A stretch of 63,286 nt of DNA, from NCBI GenBank assembly GCA_026025075.1, contig JAPEUI010000025.1, positions 124,001 to 187,286 on the forward strand. Reading direction: 5' to 3'. Shown here piece by piece: positions 1 to 13,485 of the stretch. Source of the DNA: Vezdaea acicularis (Eukaryota). The notes under the pieces are model-generated. The model made no database searches, was not told the origin of the DNA, and saw only the letters and a program-made list of their open reading frames with translations. Numbering within the stretch: the first letter of the stretch is position 1; each line of letters begins with the position of its first letter. Position numbers and translations under genes: made by a program.

Positions 1-1620
1 GAGCAGCGAGGCCAGAGCGGAGACTGGTCGTGCTCACGCTTAGCCGGGAGAAGCGATGCGCTGATTACAGGTCTCACGCCCCGTCGTGGACCCTAAACAT
101 TCGAGACTGGCGAGTCAATTTTTCGACGCCGTCGAGCCTAGAGCATTAGAGAGATGGATGAAGTCGCGAAACGAATGTTTGGTCGATATCGCGAGGGGGG
201 CCCGCTCCGGTGGTGGCGAGGTTGGTGAAATGGTGATGTCGGAGTGGCCGGGCTAGGGGCAATCAAGCGTTTTTGTCACGCCTCGAGCGAGCAGATTAGT
301 TCATTGGAACACGACGACCAGTGTGTGTCCCGACCCGATGCGACTCGATTCGCAATCAACCTGCGTTCGTCTGCACCGGCGATGGGCAGAGAGATGGTTA
401 AGGTAGAGATGAAAGACTATTTCATGGGGTATCTCCAGTACAAGAACGGGGAAGTTTCCGTCCTTCGCGAGAGGAGGCCGGGAAGGAGAATATGTGGGCG
501 AGCGAGCAGGTCGCGATCGCTTTGTGTGGGGCCGCAGTGAGGGAAAGAGTCTCGGTTGGGAGGGGGAGGCTGCCAGTGGCGACCAACAGCCTCGGGCGGG
601 GGAAACACCGGTGATCAGAAGAGTGTCTCGTGCCTCAGTCATTACAGTTATGCGATAAGTTAAGTCCGGGGCGACGCATTCTTGCCTTAGCCGCATCGCA
701 GTCCCATGAACGCAGTTTGCAGCTCGTTCTGATGTCGCTGGATATACACGTGATGCATGTACTGTACTTCTCTGCATGCAAATACAACACAAAGGCACGC
801 ACGGCCAACGGGCATCCCATAGGCGCCGCGACGACGAGGTAAGAATAGATATGGGAAGCTGAAGCTGGAGCAAAAAGGCCGCGCACGATGGAACTCGCCG
901 TCGAATTCCAATTCGCCGTGATGGCCTCTTCGCGCGAGACAGCCGCATGGATAGATGTCAGCTCCAGCATACGAACACAACACGAACGCCGCCATGGCCG
1001 CTGTTCCTCTCGCGCGCCCAGATCAAAGAGGTTCGTTCGCCGGCCATGCGTCCGCCCAGTCCAGCACAGCCAAAGCTTGATTTCGATCGCAGGGATACGC
1101 TCCTGGATCCGCCCAGTGTCGTGGAGCGACCGCCATTGGTCGAGACGCGCCCCGTTATTTGTGAAGCGGCGTGGGAGCAGCAGAAACTCGTCATCTGTTT
1201 GTGGCCGGCGTACGGAGAGGATATATCGCTCACCGGTGCGAAAGGACGGCGTGTTGTGATTCGCGCCCGAATGACGAGCTGATGGCGGAGAAGCTGCCCT
1301 TCCGCCTCTCTGCCCTCCTCCCTTCGCTGCGTTCTTTGTTCGTTCTTCCCGTGCCGCCCTAACCCGCGCTTCCCCCTCGTCCCACACCACCCCCTCGGTC
1401 TGCCCAGTCCGTGCGACACCGCAGTCGATCTATCTTGGATGCATTGCCCTCTTCGGCCGTCCATGACCACACCATCCCAATCTAGTCCGTCCGGCCTCTG
1501 CGCCATCCGTGTCCTCATCCTGCATCCCCATATCGGACGACTTCGCATCCGCCAGCACGCGTGTGACGAACGACAGATACAGAAATCAACGGGCTATTAG
1601 GGCAGCGCCTCTAGCGGATC

Positions 1621-2512
1621 ATGACAGATACCTCAGCCACGGCCGCGGCGACGCCAGCGGAGCCCATCGTGTTCTTCGATGTCACCCTGGCAGGTATGCA
1701 TGAGCCTTTTGGATCGCCCGAGGGCCTTGGTTGATGTCAAATACCCTTTTCCTTTTTTGAAAGACACGTCACGTGATGTGCCTCGATCTATCAAGGGTCC
1801 CGTCCTTGATACTGTTTCCGTGCGTACTACTTATGTACGCCCAGATGGACCTTCAATGTCGAATTGACTGTTTAGTATGGGCCTACACCACAGTCGCTGA
1901 CGATGTGATTGCTGGCAGGTGAGGCCTTGGGCCGCATCAAAATGCAACTCTTCTCGAACACGGTCCCAAGGACGGCGGAGAACTTTAGGCAATTCTGCAC
2001 GGGGGAATCAAAGAATGCCCAAGGACGACCGCAAGGCTATAAGGGCAGCAAGTTCCACCGCGTCGTACGTTCTCCTCTTCATACACGAACGATTTCACAC
2101 TAATGCAGTTCACACTAGATCAAAGACTTCATGATTCAGGGCGGCGACTTCATGAATGGCGATGGCACCGGGAGCACATGCATCTACAACTCACGCTCGT
2201 TTGCGGATGAATCATTCGAGCGACGGCACGACGAGCCTGGGCTTCTGAGCATGGCGGTAGGCCTCCTTGTCCCCTTCTATATAGAGGGATCCCTGTTGGG
2301 CGCGGCTAACATGTCAACAGAACTCAGGCCCAAATACGAATGGCTCTCAGTTCTTCATAACCTGCGCGGCAACCCCTTTCTTGAATGGAAAGCACGTGGT
2401 TTTTGGGCGGGTGGTCGACGGAATGGACGTGGTCAGGAAGGTGGAGAATGTGCGGACGATACAGGACAAGCCGTCGATGGACGTCACCATCTCACAATGC
2501 GGAGAGATGTAA
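1621..2512 (+). CDS. Peptidyl-prolyl cis-trans isomerase H (cyclophilin H, U4/U6 snRNP-associated type), 4 exons
   Basis: Spliced reading [94 protein letters not shown]; intron 1 at 1694-1918; stop TAA 2510-2512. Confidence 0.92.
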
Positions 2513-2833
2513 GCGTTTGATAGTTGAGTACTTACGAAGTTTGCTTGGTCTTTTGCAATATCAGATTTGATGCGTGATATGCTCGTGACTTGTAAACAGG
2601 GGTCCAGGGGACTGAGCTAGCCAATCAGAGACGACCTTAAACAATGTCGCTAATGCGCTGACAAGAACGCTCCCCCGGATTCAAGATCCATGCTGTACTT
2701 TTCGATATTGCTGCGCTATGACTCGATCTCTCCGGTAGGCCCAGAGTAGATGCCGTAGTCTCCAAGGCATGGCAGCCGGGTCCCAGTCTTCATATTCACG
2801 CCGCCCTGCGAAAAATTCTCGTTCACAGGAAGC

Positions 2834-4290
2834 ATGGGCAGTGTCAACTATGGCCTAGTCCAGCGAGGTTGGTGGCCCAAGCTCTGTTCGCTCCATGAGG
2901 TAGACGTGGCCAGCAAGGTATACTGACTTCTACAACCTAGGCTTAAATTCAATAATAAGGGAGATCACAGAGGCCCTTGTGGACTCGAATATTGAACGGA
3001 GGGATGAGGCTCCGGAACGGCCTGCTTGCGGATCAGGAGGCGCAAAGCGGTCGTACAATACTCCATTGCATGTCATAGCGTTGTTTTTGATTCTTTTTCT
3101 CAGTACATTAGGTATGCGCCCTCGAACCACTCTCGTACGCCTTTTGCTAACAACTACCCATAGCATGCAGTTTTCCAATCATCGTCCGACATTTCCCAAA
3201 GCTCCCCGTTCCACATCACATTCTCTTCCTCTCTCGACACTTCGGCACCGGCGTGCTCATCGCAACAGCCTTCGTCCACCTTCTTCCCACCGCATTCGTC
3301 TCGCTCACAGACCCATGTCTCCCCATATTCTGGAACAAGGGCTACCCGGCCATGGCCGGCCTCATCGCCATGACGTCCGTGTTAATTGTTGTAAGCATCG
3401 AGATGTTCTTCGCGACCCGCGGCGCAGGCCATGTACATGGTGGCGAGTACGGGAGCGTACCGCTTGAAGAGAGTGAGCAACACATGTCGAATATGGAAAA
3501 TGGGCATGCTAGGCCTACCCACAAGAGAGAAGAAAGCATGCGACCATTCCGACAAGCGCGACTCGGGCTCAGCCCTGAGGAAGACAGCCAGGCTATGACC
3601 GGGTACCACGACGACGAGTCACGCGAACACCTCATGTCATCCCTCTCCCCCGCTGCCCCCCTCAACTCGTCCTTTCCTACCCACAACGAAGGGAAATCCC
3701 CCAACCGCAACACCTCCAACGAAGACCTCTCCCTCGACGAATTAGCCCCGCAAACCCCCCACACCCTCTCCCCCGACGTCCCTCCCTCCGCCTCCCAACA
3801 GAAAGAACTCCTCCAATGCCTCCTCCTCGAAGCCGGCATCCTCTTCCACAGCGTCTTCATCGGCATGGCCCTCTCCGTCTCCACCGGCCCGCCCTTCGTC
3901 GTCCTCCTAATCGCCATTTCCTTCCACCAAACCTTCGAGGGGCTCGCCCTAGGCTCCCGCATCGCAAGCATCTCCTCCTTCGGGCCCTCCTCCCCCAAAC
4001 CCTGGCTCATGGCCCTCGCCTACGGCACCACCACCCCCATTGGCCAGGCAATCGGCCTCGCCGTGCATAACCTGTACGATCCCGTGAGTCAAGGCGGCCT
4101 CTTGATGGTCGGCGTCATGAATGCGATTAGTAGCGGCTTGCTCCTCTTTGCGGGCTTGGTGGAGTTGCTCGCCGAGGACTTTCTTAGCGATAAGAGTTAT
4201 CTGGTCTTGAAGGGGAGGCGCAGGATCCATGCTTGTTACTCGGTCGCGGCGGGCGCGGCATTGATGGCGCTGGTTGGGGCGTGGGCGTGA
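2834..4290 (+). CDS. ZIP-family zinc/iron permease (Zrt-like); 5' end tentative
   Basis: Motifs HFGTGVLIATAFVHLLP, LLEAGILFHSVFIG, ISFHQTFEGLALG; proposed start ATG 2834 with intron 2868-2940 keeps frame with the 2979 ORF; second intron about 3112-3163. Confidence 0.88.
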
Positions 4291-5053
4291 GGAGTTTTTG
4301 AGGGGGGGAAGGCATGGTTTGGAGAGTTGGAGGGTGGTTGTTATTGGTACTTGGGCCGGAGGCAGTATTTATAAGGTTTAAATCACCTTCGCGATATACA
4401 TCTCAAATGAATGGATCTTGCATGCGACCATAGAACTATCTTCATAAATCACAAACGTATTAGCATTCATACATTCATAACATTCAAAGTCACGCTTCCC
4501 ACCACATTCCCAGTCTTCCAGGCCATATCGAAGTGCTGGTACAATCATGGCCCCATTTTCGCAAAGCACAAATATCACCAAACCCACGCATTTCCCCTCC
4601 AAAAAACCCAGCAAATCCGCACCACCAATAACCCACAACTACCTTTACACCCTAAAATACCTAATAATCGTACAATCCATCATAAAATCATCACACCCAA
4701 CTCCACCCCCTCACGAGCGACAAAGCCCCCATTCCATCCCCATTCCACTCCCACGTGTCGCCGACCCCAGCTCCTTACCGAACCTGTCCTCCCTCCCACC
4801 TCGCCGAAAAAAGGTGGGCCTCGCGTAAGCGTAAGCTCTCCCTCCCATGCATGCAGCAAGCACCAGCTGCAAGAAGCTTACCAAAAACCCTCGAGCTACG
4901 GTACCCCGACTTCATCTGCGTCTTATGAGCTGAAACGCATAGCGCAGCCAGACGCCGATGGTTTCGCGCTCGCAGGGAAACTTGTGTATGTCTGGAAAAG
5001 CGTACGGATTTCCGATCTGAGAGCTATAGCAGCAGCAAGGTGTCGGCTTCGCG

Positions 5054-8000
5054 ATGCCAGAAGCTGCGGAGCCGAAGGATGATGATGCCCGAGAAGAGAA
5101 TGGGGGGAAGGGGGGAGGTCATGAACGGCGGGGGTTGGACGACCCTGGTGGGCGGAATGGGCTGGGAGAGCAGGTGGACAAGTCGGATGTGGATGAGTTT
5201 GGGTTGCCGGTGAGGAGGTTCAGACGGCTGGCTGTTGAGGATAGCGAGGAGGATGATTTCGAGGATGCCAGGGAGGGGGAGTTGGGCGTTGGGAGTGAGG
5301 TGCGGGGGGGTGATGGAGAGGGGGGAAGGGGACAAGAGATGGAGGGGAGGGAGGGGCTGGAAGGGCATAATCATGGTGCGGATACGGCTGGCGGTGTGGC
5401 TTTACGAGCTGGAGCTGCTGCCGTATTGGAGAAGGATGGTCAGACACGTTTGGGGACTGATGTCTTGAAGGAAGAGGTTGATGGAGTACATTCCGATCAC
5501 CCCTCGGCGACATCGAAAGCAGTTGAAGACCAGTCACTCAACACTACGCCACCTGAGAACGCAGCTCCCGAGGAAACTTCTACTATAATCACGACAAAGG
5601 AAAAGGGGAAATCAACTGTACCCAACGACGAGGCCGGCGATTCTCAAATTCCTCAGAAAGCCACAAGCCACACCCGCAACGCCTCCAGCATGAACAGCTT
5701 CAAATCGCAGCGCGAGAAGATGGGGCTGCCCGCCGAGCCCGACGGCAAACGAGCTTCGACCGGCATATCGGAGTGGTCTCACCAACAGATCGTCCCACAA
5801 GAAGAAAAGGCGGAGGGAGTAAAGGAAGAAGAGGAATGGCAGCAGATGCCCGCGTTCGCTCCCTACGACCTCTACAACGACGACGGGAAGCTCGTTGCCC
5901 GCGAAGCTCCGGACTCGGACGACGAAGCCGACGCCTATGCGATGCTTGGAGGGGCGGGGAAGGGGTATACGAGAGTTGTCATGGAAGAGGACGCGCAGTC
6001 GGCCACGAGCATGGACGACGATACGAAATACCTGTTCAAAGAGACGGGGCAGAACATCCTCGAGGAAGACGAGGACGTGCGGGATCCGCTCGCACAGATG
6101 GAGTTCTCGAAGGACTTGCTCACGGAGGGCCAACGGATTGCGTATGTGGGCATCACGCGGCTGGCGGCGGTCGACATGGTGAAAGAGCTGGAGACAATGA
6201 AGGGGACAAGGGCGACAAGGAAGGAGATTCAGGTCGCGGCGGAGGCGATGAAGATGTGGGCCCAGAAAATGATGGTGAGGCTCTATGCCCACATGGAGAT
6301 TAGCTCGGCGGAGCAGATCATGATCGAGCAGCTGGCGGAGCATGGCGTCGTGCCAGGGGATCTGACGCCTACGCTGATGCTCAATGCGAGGGTGAAGAAT
6401 CCCATGGCTGATGATGAGAAGGAGAAGAGGTCTTCGATCCTGTCGCTTCCGTCGTCTCGACCTGGATCTCCCTCCAAAGACGAAAAGAGCCCCCGCAACT
6501 CGATATCAGCGCCGAAGAAAGCGGAGTCTACGGAAGCCGTTGATACTGAAGATGCTGCTGAACCGCCGCCGCCTTATGATGAGACAGCCGAAGATGAGTT
6601 GACGGAGGTGCAGACGCCGTCTCAAATGCCTACGACGCAAAACATCGACATCGACATCAGGTGGACGGTCCTTTGCGATCTATTCTTAGTCTTGATCGCG
6701 GACTCAGTGTACGACTCTCGCTCAAGAATACTCCTCGAGCGGGTCGGCGAGCATCTCGATGTCCCTTGGCTCGCCATTTGCAGGTTCGAGAAGCGGGTCA
6801 CGGACGCCCTGGAGATGCAAGAAGCGCCGAACAAGGAGAACTGGAACGAGGATGAGCACAAGGAGAACAGGCGCAAGATGGCGCTGAAGAGACGGTACAT
6901 GATGATGGGTCTCGCCACTGTCGGCGGCACGCTGGTCATCGGTCTCTCTGCGGGACTGTTGGCGCCGGTGATAGGGGCTGGTCTTGCGGCAGGCTTCACA
7001 ACTATCGGCGTTGCTGGGACTAGTGGCTTCCTCGCCGGAGCTGGCGGTGCTGCTCTCATTACGAGCACTGCGGCTTTATCAGGAGGCGTGATTGCAGTCC
7101 GGGCATCGAATAGGAGGACAGGCGCTGTGCAGACCTTTGAATACCGACCTCTCCACAATAAGAAGCGTGTGAATCTCATCTTGACAGTCTCGGGTTGGAT
7201 GACGGGGAAAGTCGATGATGTCCGGTTGCCGTACAGTACGGTGGATCCTATCATGGGCGATATCTATTCGCTGCTGTGGGAGCCGGAGATGTTGCAGAGT
7301 ATGGGTCAGACCATCAATATTCTTGCCACTGAGGCTCTTACGCAGGGCCTGCAACAGGTCCTTGGAAGCACGATATTGGTGACGCTTATGGCGGGGTTGC
7401 AGCTGCCTATCGTTCTTAGCAAGCTTGCTTACCTGATCGACAACCCATGGACTGTCTCTCTTGGACGAGCTAATGCCGCTGGGTTGATTCTCGCGGACTC
7501 TTTAATCGATCGGAATCTTGGATCGCGTCCTGTCACCCTTGTTGGATATTCCCTCGGTTCGAGAGTCATCTTTGCCTGCCTGAAGGAACTGGCAGCGAGA
7601 AATGCGTGGGGCATCGTCCAGAACGTATATCTTTTCGGATCACCCATCGTGGCAAAGCATGAAGAGTACCTGCGAGCGAGGACGGTAGTCTCGGGCCGCT
7701 TCGTCAACGGCTACGCTAGCAACGACTGGATCTTGGGCTACCTGTTCAGAGCTACGAGTGGGGGCATTATGCGAGTCTCTGGTCTGGCGAAGGTCGAGGG
7801 AATACCCGGACTCGAGAACATTGATGTCACGGAGTTTGTGCCGGGCCACATGGCCTATCGGCAGTCGATGCCCAAGCTCCTCCGAAAGGTCGGGTGGGCG
7901 GTAGAGAGTGACACCTTCACCGAAATCGAAGACCCAGTAAGTGCCAGCAACCCCTTTCTCCCGTACTTGAGCGCCTGCTAACACATCCTAGGACCCAGAT

Positions 8001-8885
8001 AACCATCAAGTGCGCCAACGCGAGCTCATCGCCGAGCTAGACGAAGCGCGCAAGAAAGAAGCCGAGGGCACCAAAAAGTCCCGCTTCGGCTTCCTCAGCA
8101 TGTCGAAGAAGAAGCAGGCCAACAAGAAGGTATGGGAGATGTACGACGAGTCGCGCAAAGATGGCGTCGACGGGGCGGGCGGGGAATCGAGCACCGCCGA
8201 CGATCCAAATAGAAACCTCCTCTTCGACATCGACGCCATCCGCCGCGAGCTCGCCAGTGAGATGATCGAGGTCAAGCAGCTGGAGTCGACCTTGCCGCCC
8301 ATGAAGCTCGACTTGAACTCGCCCCCTTCGCGGTTATCGAGTGAGAGGGCGGTGGCGCCGCATGACTCGCTGCGCCAGACGAAAAGCTACGACGAGCCCG
8401 CGGCGTCGAAACAGCTAAACGGGACGGTCTCCTCGCCTGCCCACCCAAAGATCCATACAACCACAGAAACACCAACTTCCAACTTGCCCACCACCACCAC
8501 CGCCGCCGAAGGCGATGAGTACACCGTCTGCCCCGTGCTCGGCTCAGAGCACCGAGGGGGCAGCGTGCGCTTATCCTTTGAGCCCCCGCCGTTCTCCCTA
8601 TCGCCCACCCGCGCTTCCTTCGCGACCAGAGAGGACGAACAGCTACCAGATGAGTTCAGACCCAGGGATATCACGCCGGACGTCACGCCTCAGCGGCCAG
8701 GCCTCTTGAGCGCGCAGACCATGCCGGCTACCGTCCCGACCACGACCACGACCATCACGAAGCCGAAGAGCGCGGGAGGGCATGTGGGTGGGGAGGGGCC
8801 GGCTCTGGGGTTAGAGCATAACGCGTGGGCGGACGACGAGGACGAGTTTGGGAGGGAGAGGGAGGTTACCATGAGTTTTGAGTAA
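5054..8885 (+). CDS. DUF726/TMCO4 alpha-beta hydrolase-like membrane protein (Mil1-like)
   Basis: 975-aa ORF with a hydrophobic GLATVGG..GLAAG segment and GYSLG nucleophile motif; intron about 7937-7991 joins the 8010-8885 frame. Confidence 0.88.
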
Positions 8886-9587
8886 GAGGACGCACTCTAT
8901 GTGAGAGAGAGACAGAGCGGGACAGGGCACGGGCAGGGGGATGGATTGGGACTCTATTCCCTGCTGCTCCTCCTTTTTTTACTCGTTGCATTTTTCTTCT
9001 TGTCGCGTGCATCTCGTATTAGCGCACATGGCGACGGCGTTTTTTTTCCTGTCGATTATCGTATTGGCTGTTGTAGAGGGGGGTGGAATGGGCCGTGAGT
9101 CTGTGGAGGGTGCTTTCTTTGATATTAGCATATTCCGGAGCGACGAGTGGCTAAGGATGCATATCACCCTTCGCGGTTGAAGAAACGGAGGGTTGCATAG
9201 CTTGCGCTGTAGTGGTAGAATAGCCATTCATCCCGCCGATTCATTCATTTCATCAAAAACCTAATCACAACCTCTACACAAAATATTCCCACCCCGCGCA
9301 CAACCCCCTCATTTTCCGCACGGCGCAAAAAAACACCCATTTCCCCCACCCGTAAGCCGCGGCGCCGAACCACGGTCCCGCGCCTACGCGTTCGCGAAAA
9401 CGCGAATTTCGTCACAAAAAAAATCCCACGCCAAGCAAAAGACGAGCTCGAGCGAGGAGCTCGTAGCATTGAGCGACGCAACTATACTTCCGCCCCGAGC
9501 TCCGGTCCAGCGCTACGCAAGGAAGTGGTGTTGAACATTTGTTTTGATTTGATTTGGTATGTTCTGTCTTGTGGGCAAAGGGGGGAT

Positions 9588-11512
9588 ATGCCGCGGATCA
9601 CAAGGAGGGTGGGCCAGACGCGCGCGCAGGGCCCGAGGGGGGGGCATTTGTTGAAGGTTATTGGGGGGAGGGGAGTGTCGACTGCTGTTGTTGCTGCCAA
9701 TGCTGCTGCTGCCGATGGGGATGAGCATGAGGATGGTGGTGCGGAAGAGTTAAAGGAGGGGAAGAGAGCTGGTTCGCCTGGGACTGAGGACGAGCCGATG
9801 AGTTCTGAGGACGAGCTACCGGCGGCGCCTTCGGCTGCGCGACCTGTGGGTTGGTTGGAGGGATTGAAGGCGGAGAGGGAGGAGGTGTTGAGGCCGTGGT
9901 CGAACGAGGCGATGAATTTGAGGAGGTGGGGAGGGGTGGGTATTGGGCTGGGGAAACGGGGGAGGGGCGTGGATGATGATGGGGAGGAGGAGCGGAGGGA
10001 GGAAGAGGGCAGAGGGGCGGAGGTGGAAGAGGAGGAGTTTCCGTGGAGTTCGAGTCAGAGAGAGGGAAAGCTTGGGAGGGGATATACCGGAACTTTACAC
10101 GGCGGTGGATCTCCGGCCGCGAGAGGGAAGAAGAGAAAAATGGCATATGGGAAAAATGGAGGAGTAGCTTCGTCTTCGCAGGCGGAGAGGGCGGGGAGAG
10201 AGAAGGGGAAGCTTGGTGGTAAGAAGGGAGGATTTAGGGTGCCGATGGCGGTGGAGGATGTGGCGGATGAGTGTGAGTTCAGATGTCACAGAGAGGGGGG
10301 TTGTACTGACGCATTATAGTGGATGCCGTCGAGGGAATAGTCAAAGGGCAACAGGCGGGAAGTGTGGCCGTGGAGAAGGTCAAGAAGCCTGCCTTCAGGG
10401 CGCCGTCCAGGCTATTGCCATTGCCAGGTAAGACCGAGTCCCAAGCAATCCAGGACAGATCTGATATTTCAGCAGGAGAGCCCCCTCTACCACGTCGAAT
10501 GACCCGTTTTCGAGGTCCGCCTTCACGAGCAAAGACACCGCCACCCAAGAAGGATGTCCGCGCTCTCGCCAGAGATATCGTAGGCGCCGGAAACCCAACC
10601 ACCACCTCCCTCCTCTCCTCACCGCCCGCACCACACCCCGCGTCGGCCCTATCACCGCTCTACATCACCTCCTCGAATCCTTCGTCCCCACTCAGCTCAT
10701 TATCCCCCCCACCAACCTCGCCCTCATCCAGCATATCCTCCTTCATCCACCACCACCCTGCCCCAACAACAACCCCCTCCGCCCCTCCCATCGACCTAAC
10801 CGCCACCACCGACACTGAGACACCCAGCCAAACCCCCTGTCCGATCTGCAAGGTCCCCGTCCCAACCACACTCCTCTCCGCATTCACCACGCACCACCTC
10901 CCCTCAACCAGCCTTACATCCACCTCTCCCAATCAGCGCCACACCCCGCGCCTCCCCGTCCTCCTCCAAACCAAATTCTGCCTCTCCCACCGCCGCTCCG
11001 CCGCCCGCGCCACCTGGCTCGAACGGGACTACCCCACCATCTCCTGGAGCCTGCTCCCCGCACGCATCAAGCCCCTCCTCCCCCAGATCCGCTCGATCCT
11101 GCACGGCACAGTCTCCTCGCCCTACCTGCACGACCTGACCGCCCGCCTGAACACCGGCCGGAACCGCACGCTCCACCAAGCCCTGCTCGACGACGCGCTA
11201 CAACTTCTAACGCCCGGATACTACGGCAGCAGAGGCGCGAGAGTGATGTTAGAGACTATCATGCAGGAACTAGGACCGGAGCTGCGCCGGGGCGGGCTGG
11301 GAGAGGGGGAGGTCGGCGAGGTGGTGAGGAAAGTCGGGGTGGTGGGGTTGGCGCAGGGGGTGTTGGTCATGGAGGTTGGGTGGAGGCTTGTGTGCGAGGA
11401 TATGGGGTTGGATAAGCGGGAGGGGGAGGGGGGGGTGGAAGAGGCGAGGAGGGTGCTGAGTGAGGGCGTCGAGTTGGGGGATTTGTTGTGCGAGGATGTT
11501 GAGGATGGGTAG
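9588..11512 (+). CDS. RTC4-like domain protein
   Basis: C-terminal WLERDYPTISWSLLPARI..PGYYGSRGARVM..RLVCEDMG pattern typical of RTC4 domains, preceded by CPIC; intron about 10270-10318; start tentative. Confidence 0.75.
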
Positions 11513-11723
11513 GGTGGTGAGGGGGAGTGCTGGGTGCTTCTGAGCTTTTTGCTTCGCTCGAGGGCTTTTAGGACTGTACTGTGGGTTTCGGATCGTATGG
11601 AATATTCTTTATATATGACCAACCATCTCTTTAACGCCTCCGATAATGCAGTAGCGAGATCCGTACCTTCCCGTCTTCACACAGTTCGCCGCCCGCTCAC
11701 CAGCCTAGCAGCTGCTGGCGCCT

Positions 11724-12924
11724 TTACAACAACCCCCTTTCCCCGCCTCCACCCCCATCCCTCTCCTGCATCGCAAACCCCTCGATAAACTCCAAATCCG
11801 GCCCACCCTTCTCCCACCCTTTCTCACCCCTTCCCCTCTCCTTCTCACCCCCCACCCTCCCTCTCCCTCTCTCCACACCACTTTCTATCTTCCCCGCCTT
11901 CCTGAGCCCAAAGCCGCCACCGCCGCCTTCAACACCGCTGAAGAGGCCGTACTCAGCAAAACAGCTCTCCAGGGCCCAGTTGCAGAGTTCCTTGCGGTAG
12001 CAACCGACGGCGACGCCGACGCGGTGTTTGCCTTTGTTGCTGTGGAGCAGGATCGGGTGGGTGGTTGGGTCTGCGTGGTCCCTTTCGGTTAGTCGAGGGA
12101 GAGGGAGGGGTTGGTTGGGATATATGGGTTCGAGGAATAAAGAGGGAGGAGGAAATGAGGGGAGTGGACGTACCAGCCATCAGCTTGACGCATGAGCGGA
12201 AGATGTTCGGATCGTTCAGTACGTGCGGTTCGCGCACGTGCTGGGCGGGGAAATGGTGGATGGTTATGTTGTGTTGCTGGCACCAGGATATGTTTTCGGG
12301 TGCGTAGGGCTGGTCGGCGAGGTACCTGTGCGGTTGTGAGGTGGGGTTTGAAGGGGGAGATGGGGGATGGATGGGACGCGAAAGGGGATAGATACGGGGG
12401 TTGATGTGCGGAAAGTGACAGAGACCGCGTAGAGAGTGAAAAGGGGTTTCATGGTGTCTCGGGGCCCTAGGTGGGCCGGTGGAAGTTCGGGGAACAGGAA
12501 GGGTGGTGATGCAACAAGAAACCGCAACCTTGAAGACAAGGAAAGAAAGGGTGAAAACAAAGTTGTTCTCATTGAATCCAAAAGTGCAGTATAACACCAA
12601 AATATCTTACACAATCGTCCTCAACCCCAGCCTCTCCAGCATCAGGAAATTGATCTCAAGCGGATGTCCCGACCTACTCCTACACCATCAGCCAATCACT
12701 CACCACACCACACCAAACCCTTCCCCTAGCTCCACCCAACCCCAGCCCACTCATCTCTACAGCGCAGCCACTCACCGATAAATCCCCTTATCCACCATCC
12801 CAAAACCCAACGGCGGCACAAGGGGCATTGGTCGGGGGGGAAAGACTTCGTCGTCCTCGTCGTCTTCGTAGTTTATGACGGTCATTGGCGGCGATGGCAG
12901 TGGCTGGGGGTTTGTCTCCGTCAT
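11724..12924 (-). CDS. OCA2: Oca2-like inactive tyrosine/inositol phosphatase (Siw14/Oca family), 4 exons
   Basis: Hand-spliced: PLVPPLGFGMVDKGIYR|SGHPLEINFLMLERLGLRTIV|YLADQPY..|HPILLHSNKGKHRVGVAVG..EYGLFSG..GPDLEFI; not recovered intact by the ORF track. Confidence 0.8.
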
Positions 12925-13485
12925 CTTACTGAAGCTCTTTGGTGAGATGTTGGGATTGTAGTTATGAGTTTTGGGGGGGGGGTGGATTGTTCGGGAGGGG
13001 TGGCGAGAAAGGAAGAGGAAGAGCGAGCCGAAGGGGGGGAGAGGCAGAGAGGCAGAATGATGGCAGGAGGGGAGGAAAAGACTACTGGAGACGAGATGAT
13101 GAGAGCTCGCTTGCTGGTGTGTAGAAGGTGGTTCTGGTCAATTGATCTTTTGTTCTTCATCTCTCAGGCACATTTGTACGCCCATCTTTGAAAGGGGTTC
13201 GTCAGGAGTGGGTAGAAAGAAGGCAGGCTCTATCAATCACAAAGATCACGATAACTGACATAGAACCACAATCTCATGCTACAAACGCATCCATACCAAT
13301 CGACCGTATATCTAGCATAAAAGTACATATAGCTGGTTTGTTTGTTTCTTCGGAGAGCCAATGAGACAAGTAAGTCTGTAGCCATAAAGAGCCCCAGCAA
13401 TTCTCAAAGGCAATTCCTCGCTACGTACAAAAACCCACCTCTCCTCCCTTCCGCTCCCACTATCATATTCCCAACACTCGTTGAT

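Noticed and set aside
1..1550. Overlapping ORFs of 100-250 aa on both strands
   Set aside because: No recognisable domains; consistent with chance ORFs in GC-rich promoter or 5' leader sequence of a gene outside the window
4411..5082. 223-aa ORF upstream of the DUF726 gene
   Set aside because: P/H/T/K-rich low-complexity product of the C/A-rich skew block; no domain recognised
12327..12610. Intronic RNA or stwintron in the ~285-nt Oca2 intron
   Set aside because: Ordinary GT-AG splicing preserves the frame; no box motifs or strong stems seen
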